Position numbers and translations under genes: made by a program. From the NCBI GenBank assembly GCA_964016885.1, contig OZ024754.1:33914001-33978000 (forward strand): a DNA stretch of 64,000 nt, given 5' to 3'. This document shows positions 55,579 through 64,000 of the stretch, in pieces. Every line of letters begins with the position of its first letter. Within the stretch, counting starts at the first letter, position 1. Source of the stretch: Eledone cirrhosa (lineage: Eukaryota). The notes under the pieces were generated by a model. It was not told the DNA's origin. It saw only the letters and a list, made by a program, of their open reading frames with translations, and made no database searches.

Positions 55579-56743
55579 TATATGAATTGTATGTGTGTAT
55601 ATATATACACACAAACATATATGAACTGTGATGACATTGGTGCCAAGTTATATTAGCCTTTGCTTTTCCCTTGAACAACACAGGCAACATGGAGAGGGGA
55701 GACTGGTATGCTTTGGTGACAGATGGTATTCCACAAAAATCTCCCTAACCAGGCTTGTGACTTGAAGAGGCATCCCTATGGCCAGTCAGTCAATGGTACT
55801 AAATCCATGACCAGTCATGCCCAAAGGATGCCCTTCCCAATTTTTTTTTTAAATTTCAAATGAGGGGTAAATTTTAAATGATTGTCAAACCCTTAGAATT
55901 CCTGTACGTATCCTGTCTATTGTGATCAACACAGATGGTTTATTTGGGATAGTATTTCTTCCCTTGTTTTATTGTAAATAAAACATTTCAAAAGAATTAT
56001 GTAATAGACAGGATAAAATACATTCAGGAAATGGGAAATAATTTGAAAAATATTCTAAACAAACAAAAAAATAAAATGGGAAAAAAAAAAAGATCTTTCA
56101 CAATAAATGTTTTTTCTTTTTTTAAAAAATAACAAAATATATTTTCTTGATCAATATTAAATCAATTTTTTTTCAATTTCGGTTAAAAAAGAAATACACA
56201 GTAACATGTGACACAAAATCATATCAAGACAAAATTTAGTAAGATTTTGGTGAAAGCAATAATAATAAGGGTAAGATTGGCGGCATTACAGTTTGGGTAG
56301 ATATTATTATCACATAGGCATATTGGAACAACAGTGACATCGTGCAAATACGGGGAAAGATACACAAAAATTCCTGAAGATACTTTAGGAATACAATAAC
56401 AACAAAAAAAGAAAATCAATTACCATATATATCAGGATTAAACCAGTTAAACTAGTTAGACCATTATTCAACAGAGTACTCAATACTTGGGATAGTAGAG
56501 TGTGACTATATTATGAGAGTCTTGAACTCTTTCTCATATATATATATACATATATATATATATTTATTTATTTATTGTAAGAACAGATTAAAGTTTAAGC
56601 AAAGAATCGCTGATTTCACCCTTAACAGGATCTTCTGATCTTCTGTTCTTATAATAAATATTTGCTCTACGGGTTTATATATATATTATATATATATAAT
56701 CCTTATCGAGCCCTCATCAGATTTTAGCCTTCACATTTATTAT

Positions 56744-56785
<42 letters not shown>

Positions 56786-56824
56786 AGAATATTTTCGAAA
56801 CAGCGAGCGAGTTTGAAATTATAA

Positions 56825-56998
56825 ATATAAGCTATCGCCGTATTTTAACTAAAGAAATTAAAGAAATTATTTAGCCTGGTAGTGGGGTTAAGAACCCTCG
56901 GGGAAATCTTTTTCCATTTCTCCGAGGGTTCTTAACCCCACTACCAGGCTAAATAATTTCTTTAATTTCTTTAGTCAAAATACGGCGATAGCTTATAT
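56825..56998. repeat. Near-perfect palindrome, ~83 bp arms
   Basis: ATATAAGCTATCGCCG...CCCTCGGGGAAAT / ATTTCTCCGAGGG...CGGCGATAGCTTATAT. Confidence 0.9.
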
Positions 56999-57009
56999 AT
57001 ATATATAGT

Positions 57010-57344
57010 AATAATAATAAATTTGAAGACTAAAATCCAAAGAGGGCTCAATAAGGATAAATATATATCAAATATGTAAGAACCGTAGAGCAAATATTTA
57101 TTAAAATCACAGATTAAAGTTTAAGCAAAGAATCGCTGCTTTCACCCTTAACGGGATCTTCTGAAACTAAAAAAGTCAATCTGTGAACACAGCGAACCAA
57201 AGTATCGTCTTCCTGCCTTCCTTCGGTTGCAACGTTTTTTGAAATATTTACTTCTGCGTTCACAGATTGACTTTTTTAGTTTCAGAAGATCCCGTTAAGG
57301 GTGAAAGCAGCGATTCTTTGGTTAAATTTTAATCTGTTATTTTA

Positions 57345-57350
<6 letters not shown>
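57010..57350. mobile_element. (TA)n-embedded inverted-repeat element; relatives at 49575-49680, 50410-50600 and 56570-56750
   Basis: Block ACAGATTAAAGTTTAAGCAAAGAATCGCTGCTTTCACCCTTAACGGGATCTTCTG occurs five times in both orientations. Confidence 0.75.
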
Positions 57351-57410
<60 letters not shown>

Positions 57411-57886
57411 ATGTAAAAGTCGAATTATTTAGACAATATTTTTTAGGTTGAATTCAAGGAGTTGATTATTACATAGATACTACTTTCAAGGGACTGAAAT
57501 TCCCACTATAATCCAAAATACTTTATCAATTACCAGTATATCAAATGGATTCTAATTAAAATTAAACATTTTATACTACGAAAGCATATAAATACTGGCT
57601 GAGTCATAAGCAACAAGGCAGTCTACCATTTATAATTCCAAATGACATTATTATCATCACCATTTAACGTCCAATTTTTCCATGCTTGCATGGGTTAGAC
57701 AGGTTGTCCATGCCGGGAGACAAGTCTGGCCAGGGTTGGCCATGTGTCGCACCTTGCTATGGCGAGGACTGTGAATTTGGCTGGGTATTTTACAGCTGGA
57801 TGCCCTTCTTAACACCAACTCCATCTACAGTAAAATTCTGCTCATACAGTACGAAATTATAAATACATCAAACAAAAGTAGTTAAA

Positions 57887-58078
57887 TAATTGTTTCTACT
57901 TTTGGCACAAGGCCAGCAATTACCCAGTACATTACTGGAACTTTATTTTATCGGACCCTGTAAGGATGAAATGCAAAGTTAACCTCAGAGGGATTTAAAC
58001 TCAGAATGTAAAGAGCCAAAACTCTGTGCTATGAAGCATGGTGTCTGACGCTCTACCGATTCTGCCAATCCACTGTTC
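57887..58078 (-). mobile_element. Meta-type SINE, full length, with TSD
   Basis: Flanked by the direct repeat AGTAGTTAAATAAT. Confidence 0.8.
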
Positions 58079-58693
58079 TAGTAGTTAAATAATATAATTA
58101 AAGTAGGTGTTAAAAAGCTGCCCCCATTCCTCCCACACAAATAAGTGGATGTTAAAGAAGTTATTTGTGGACATTGCAATAAAAATACATTGACTGCCCG
58201 GTTACTTATGATTCACTCTGTAAAAAATTTAATTTTATCATTGTAACATTTATGTTCAGGATTCACAAATGTTGATCTGTTTGTTATCCATAAAGAACTA
58301 GGTTCAACTTTTACAAAAAAAAAAAAAAAATTTCAAGGGCAAAAATAGGGTCTCGACTTTTACTTGGGATTGATGTTTACACAACTATCTATGGTAAATA
58401 TTATTTTGAAATCAAACTTTGTTTTTATTGGGTCGTCAAGTATGAAATGTGTAGCGAGGCATATGGTCAAATATCAAATTTCTACAAGTTTCATACTTGA
58501 CGACCCAATATTTCAATCTTTTATTCTCTCTCTATCTCTTATTTTTTTGTCTGGAGGCCAAATTACTTTTGTGACTAGGGAAATTTCAACAGATATTGAA
58601 AATATATATTTTACAGAAAATTTCAAGTTTTTTTTTTCAATCAAATCATATGGAAATTTAACAGGCTTAACAGGCTTAACAGGAAGCCTTTAA

Positions 58694-59238
58694 CCCTTTT
58701 GTTACCATATTTCTAAAGTCACTGCCTTTAATTTTCAAATCATTTTGGAAATATTAAAGAATATGGAGGAATTTAGTAATAAGACTAGTTTTTTCATTAA
58801 GTTGATGTTTGGTACATATCTCAACAAAAATTCATCATCATCATCATCATTTAACGTCAGCTTCCCTTGCTAGCATGTGTTGGATAGGTGTACATAGACC
58901 AAGTCAGTACTGAAGTAGGGTCAATGACATCCAAGACAGGGTGAGGAGATCTGTATCTCACTTATGTACGGTCATATCTTAGATATAAATTATATTGAAA
59001 GGTATTTAAGAAAATATAAATACTTCAAAATAAACAGTTTAGTATCCTAGAGCTAAATGTCTGAATGGCTAAATGTCAGCAGACGAGCACACAGGAGTCA
59101 GCCCAACCTCCTTAGAAGTTAAGGGCTGAAACACTGGTTTGAGCGGGGTTTCTTCTCTGAAGACCCGCTGTCCAGCTCTCCTCAGAGTTTCTTACCACTG
59201 AACCAGGGGTTGTTTTAGGCAGCTTGGCATCAAAAGGG
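58694..59238. mobile_element. piggyBac-type MITE, family B, with nested LINE-tail insertions
   Basis: TTAA|CCCTTTTG...CAAAAGGG|TTAA. Confidence 0.7.
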
Positions 59239-59638
59239 TTAATAAAATATTGCTTGCTAATATTTTTTCTACTTCTTATTTATTTTTTTTATTGTTCTTT
59301 AAATGTTTGATGTTGGTATTAAGGCAAGATGAGGTACATATATAAAATCACTCCTTTCCTCTGACATTGGTTGTGACCAACAGATAGTATCAGCAATGGA
59401 GAGACCAAAGGAAAGAGTTTCCTTGGTCTGATCTGACAATTATTTCTATTCCTTTCATTTTTTAGAATTAAACCCAAACATATCACTAGTTTTTACATTA
59501 GGGCTTTTGAACACAAATCTTCATTGTTTGAACTGAGCACTCTATGTCTAATCAATAATATAAATAATTTGAAAACAGAAACCTGCTTTTTGATTTAATC
59601 AACGTGAGTATAAAAGAATATAAAACATAATTCTTTAA

Positions 59639-59876
59639 CCCTTTTGTAGCTGTATTTTTAATAAAATACACTATATTTCAAATATTTTATGAAGACTTTT
59701 GAAGGATTTACTAAAATTATTTATTACATGATTATTAATATGGTATTTGTAACATGGCAAAAGGTTCTTATGCCAAATTATAATTGGAAGAATTCAATTT
59801 TAAAAGGACTCCTTTAAAATGCGTGGACTTATTCATAGAATCAGAACCAGTTTTGGGTGAGCTAGTATCAAAAGGG
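59639..59876. mobile_element. piggyBac-type MITE, family B
   Basis: TTAA|CCCTTTTG...CAAAAGGG|TTAA. Confidence 0.8.
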
Positions 59877-60857
59877 TTAAAGCAATTAAAACAGAATACA
59901 TGATTGTATATGCACATGTGGGGATGTGTGTATATATCTGTGCATACATGTGTACTCTTGTATTAGTGTGTCTGAATATGTGTGTGTTTGCACATATCTT
60001 TCTATATATTGTGTGCATTGTGATTACTTGTACAAATTGTCATATGTGTATGTGTGTGTGTGTTTTAAATATATTTTACACCAGACATCATTCTCAATAA
60101 TGGTGGGATTTCCCCCACCTACTACACACATATCCCAAATCAAATTAGTGAGGTTAATTAATTACTAACAGACATCATCAGCATGAAAAAAGTCAGTTAG
60201 CAAGACACTGGTGTCAATCTGTGTTGGCCTTTCCATTTCCCTTGGACAATATTGGTGTCATGGAGTGAGGAGACTAGCATGCATGAGTGACATAAAACCT
60301 TGCCCAGGCTTGTATTTTGGAAAGGAACTTTCCAAGCGCAAAGATGGAGGTCAGTCATAAACAAAAGAAGCCTTTAACTCTTTTGTACTCATATTTCAAT
60401 TAATTAATGAAGTATTTTTAGGGAATATTATAATTATTAATTATTTCATTACTAAGATAGTAACTTAACATATGGTTCTTATAAAGAATTATCTTGAGAA
60501 ATTTAAATTTCAATAGGAACCATTTAAAATAAATGGTTTTGTTTCAAAGAACCAGAAGCAGTTTTGACTAGGGAGTTCTTTCACTAGACACTGACCATGT
60601 TGAGGTACCACCTTACACAAGTGGAAAAGAAGATTTTAATGCCTGTTGTTATATAAGAATTGTAAATCGTTGTCTAATAAGGCAAATCAAGACTCCTGTA
60701 TGTATGGTGAGTATGTGTCTATAACTATAATCCAAAATATGTAAGCTAAATGTGTGTGTGTGTATGTGTGTGTGTTTATATGCAAATATCAGTGTCTCTG
60801 CCTTTCTCTCACTCTCTTTATATATATACATGTGTGTGTGAGTGTGTGTGCATATAT

Positions 60858-60919
<62 letters not shown>

Positions 60920-60934
60920 CACACACACAGAGAG

Positions 60935-60967
<33 letters not shown>

Positions 60968-61102
60968 AGTTTATATACACATGTGAATACATACATAGAC
61001 TTTTAATAAAAAAAAAACATCTGGGTAAACATGCATGTGAGAGTTGCCATGCAAGAATATCTTCTGTTGTGAGATAGTGTTGTTAACACAGTGTGTTCAT
61101 AC

Positions 61103-61303
61103 CTTGTCCAGGATGGTAGTGAGAAGATGGTCCCATGGGTGAAGGATGTGTAAACTTTGACCGATTTAGACTGTACAAGCTGCCTGGCCCTGCTAGGCTC
61201 GGAGAGCCAATGCGACTAGGTTGCAGCGGAGAGGGTGTTGACATCAATGAAGGCAGTGGTGGGAGAGGGGGAAAAGATGGATGCTGCATGCCAGAGCCAA
61301 CAC
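61103..61303 (-). CDS. Coding exon of an unidentified host gene (Pro/Ser/Gly-rich)
   Basis: GC-rich 201 nt island; acceptor TTCTATTATAACTATAG|GT, donor CAAG|GTATGA; frame (G)VGSGMQHPSFPPLPPLPSLMSTPSPLQPSRIGSPSLAGPGSLYSLNRSKFTHPSPMGPSSHYHPGQ; phase 1 in and out, compatible with the exon at 30148. Confidence 0.8.
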
Positions 61304-61361
61304 CTATAGTTATAATAGAATTGTTAGTAGTAGAAAGCATTAATTCATTAATTAGCAAGAT

Positions 61362-61692
61362 TCATTAATAGGGAACGTTCGTTAATAAGTAAGGTTCATT
61401 AATAGGTAAGGTTAGTTAATAGGTAAGGTTCATTAATAGGTAAGGTTAGTTAATAGGTAAGGTTCATTAATAAGTCAGGTTAGTTAATAGGTCAGGTTCA
61501 TTAATAGGTAAGGTTCATTAATAAGGAAGGTTAGCTAATAGGTAAGGTTTATTAATAGGTAAGGTTAGTTAATAGGTAACGTTCATTAACAGACAAAATT
61601 CATTAATAGGTAAGGTTCATTAACAGACAAGATTCATTAATAGGTAAGGTTCATTAACAGACAAGATTCATTAATAGGTAAGGTTCATTAAT
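61362..61692. repeat. 17 bp minisatellite, ~19 copies
   Basis: Unit TAATAGGTAAGGTT(CAT/AGT). Confidence 0.9.
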
Positions 61693-61984
61693 TCTTAACA
61701 TCATGTAATAATTTAGCAGAAAAATTTTAAAAGCAGGCTTGTTAATTTAAATGTTTATAGTATCTTTACTAATGGCATTACTTAACAAGAGATAATTGCT
61801 AAGAGTAGATTAGTTAGTGGAAATAAATGCAATAAAAGTGACAAAGGCCAACACAATGTTTAAAAAAAAAGGAGAAAAATTGACCCTTTCATTACCTTAT
61901 CTCTAATGACACAGTCATCATCATCATTGTCACATCATCATCATCACAAAGGTTATTAAGTATTTCATTATTAAACTTTTCAAA

Positions 61985-62205
61985 GGGCAGTGGATTGGCA
62001 GTATCGGTAGAGGGTCGGACACCATGCTTTAAAACATAGTGTTACGGCCCTTTATGATCTGAGTTTAAATCCCGCCGAGGTTAACTTTGCCTTTCATCCT
62101 TATGCGGTCAATAAAATAAAGTACCAGTAATGCACTGGAATGGATGTAATTGACTTTACCCTGCCCCAAAATTGTTGGCCTTGTTCCTAAATCAGAAACC
62201 GTTAT
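61985..62205 (+). mobile_element. Meta-type SINE
   Basis: GGCAGTGGATTGGCAGTATCGGTAG...GCCTTTCATCC.. Confidence 0.8.
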
Positions 62206-62419
62206 TAAGCTGGTGTTTGGAGCATAACTTAATAAAGGGTCTTACATAAAAATATGATGGGAGATTTTAGATAAATATCAACTTCATAGGGTTAATTCCC
62301 ACCTACTCTTGGTAGTTATTTTCAGCTAAGTGTAAATGGAACAACATGAAATAAAGTGCTTCCCTCAAGAACACAATGCATCACCCAGTCCAGGAATCAA
62401 ACCCACAATATTAAGATTG

Positions 62420-62760
62420 TAAGGCACATGCCTTAGTGGTTAGAACATTGGGCTTGCAATTGAGAGGTTGTAAGTTCGATTCTCAGACCGGGTGATGTGT
62501 TGTGTCCTTGAGCAAGATACTTTATTTCACGTTGTTCCAGTTTACTCTGCTGAAGAAATGAGTAGCGACGTCACTGGTGCCAAGTTGTATCGGCCATTGC
62601 CTTTCCCCTGGACAACATCGGTGGCGTGGAGAGAAGGGAGGCTGGTATGTATGGGCAACTACTGGTCTTCCACAAAACAAACCTTGCCCAGGCTTGTGCC
62701 TCAGAGGGAAACTTTCTAGGTGCAAAACCCATGGTTATTCATGACCGAGTGGGGCCTTTG
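62420..62760 (+). mobile_element. CORE-type SINE (second body type), head-to-head with a minus-strand fragment at 62310-62420
   Basis: Colinear with 10890-11226. Confidence 0.8.
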
Positions 62761-62899
62761 AAAAGTCCAACATTCTGACCACGAGGCCATACATTATAGA
62801 ATTCTCAAAATATAAAGAAATAATAAATAAAACTTAAATAATGGGAAAGAATCTGCAAGGTTTACCAACCCAGTAGGATTGGCAGGAAAAACTCTCTCA

Positions 62900-63345
62900 A
62901 TCACTCACTACCACCAACACCACCATCACTACCAACACCACCATCACTACCAACACCACCATCACTACCAACAGCACCATCACTACCAACACTACCATCA
63001 CCACCATCACCACCAACACCACCATAACTACCAACACCACCATCACTACCATCACTACCAACACCACCATCACTACCAACACCACCATCACTACCAACAC
63101 CACCAACACCACCATCACTACCAACACCACCATCACTACCACCAACACCACCATCACTACCAACACCACAATCACTACCAACACCACCATCACTACCACC
63201 AACACCACCATCACTACCAACACCACAATCACTACCAACACCACAATCACTACCAACACCACCATCACTACCAACACCACCATCACTACCAACACCACCA
63301 TCACTACCAACACCACCACCAACACCACCATCACTACCAACACCT
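62900..63345. repeat. 18 bp minisatellite (CACCACCATCACTACCAA)n
   Basis: Direct inspection. Confidence 0.92.
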
Positions 63346-63391
63346 CCACCCTTATTTCCAGAGAGACCTGCCTATACATATATTGTAAATA

Positions 63392-63640
63392 ATATCTATA
63401 TATACAATACTTAAAGTCTGTGATCGCTTGCTTGCTTGTCTGTAATGTAATACAGCCAAAAGGGTACATAATGGGAAAATACTTTGAAAGGAAGTTGACC
63501 CTGAAACGGAGATACAAATGGAATAAAACAAGTTTCGTGTAAATCGGACGACGGGTTCCCGAGATAAGGGGTTTTCTGGGTACTTTCATAAACAGAGAGA
63601 AGGATAGAGAGAAAGAGATAGTGGTTGTGAGAGAATAGCG
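63392..63640 (+). mobile_element. Possible Helitron/Helentron-type non-autonomous element, 5' part
   Basis: Starts TCTATATATA, short (GCTT)n, AAGTTTCGTGTAAATCGG..CCGAGATA motif; no 3' end recognised. Confidence 0.35.
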
Positions 63641-64000
63641 CCTACTTTGAGAACATCTGCCTTAAAGAGATGAACTGGATAGCACTGACACAGAGTGATT
63701 CAGAATTAAAAATATATAGGAACCCATATACAATATTATCATCGCCAGTTTGCAAGGGTTGTTATGGTACGATATTAGATGGGCCAAGGGGAGCCCCGTT
63801 TAGCTCATACATTCTATTTTGTGGCATGATTTTGACAGCTGGATACCCTTAATACCTACCAGATTCCACTGTGCACTGGATGCATGGCGCCAACACTACA
63901 ATCTACAGAGTGTTCTGTGCACATATATTTACATATAATAAGCATACATTTAACCCCTTTGATATTAACCCCTTCAAACTAATTCTAGCTTTATGAAATA

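Noticed and set aside
62879-63589. His-rich 169 aa and Val-rich 230 aa ORFs
   Set aside because: Products of an 18 bp minisatellite, with no ATG for the His-rich frame, no signal peptide and no splice support.

Overview
AT-rich eukaryotic genomic DNA with no prokaryotic genes, no CRISPR array and no rRNA. The mix of repeats (RTE LINEs with (GAT)n tails, tRNA-headed CORE-type and Meta-type SINEs, very long (TA)n tracts) suggests a coleoid cephalopod such as Octopus; this is an inference. Most of the window looks intronic or intergenic. Two phase-compatible coding exons of an unidentified minus-strand host gene lie at 61103-61303 and 29914-30148, and a possible terminal exon lies near 25.77 kb. 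The rest is RTE LINE copies (with a PHD finger inserted in the RT domain), SINEs, two non-autonomous Helitrons carrying RepHel remnants, piggyBac- and mariner-type MITEs, five long minisatellite arrays (53, 42, 103, ~47 and ~55 bp units) and microsatellites. The main finding is a set of short elements from several sequence-unrelated families, mostly lodged in (TA)n tracts and often partly or fully palindromic. Each carries a minimal type I hammerhead ribozyme fold, as expected for Penelope-like element termini or retrozyme-like elements, and the best-preserved copies are almost all antisense to the host gene. A second finding is that three different minisatellites appear to derive from the same CCAGT..TGGTA hairpin site of a SINE, and a fourth from a Helitron terminus. 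Coordinates were read by eye, and repeat boundaries are approximate unless a junction is quoted.
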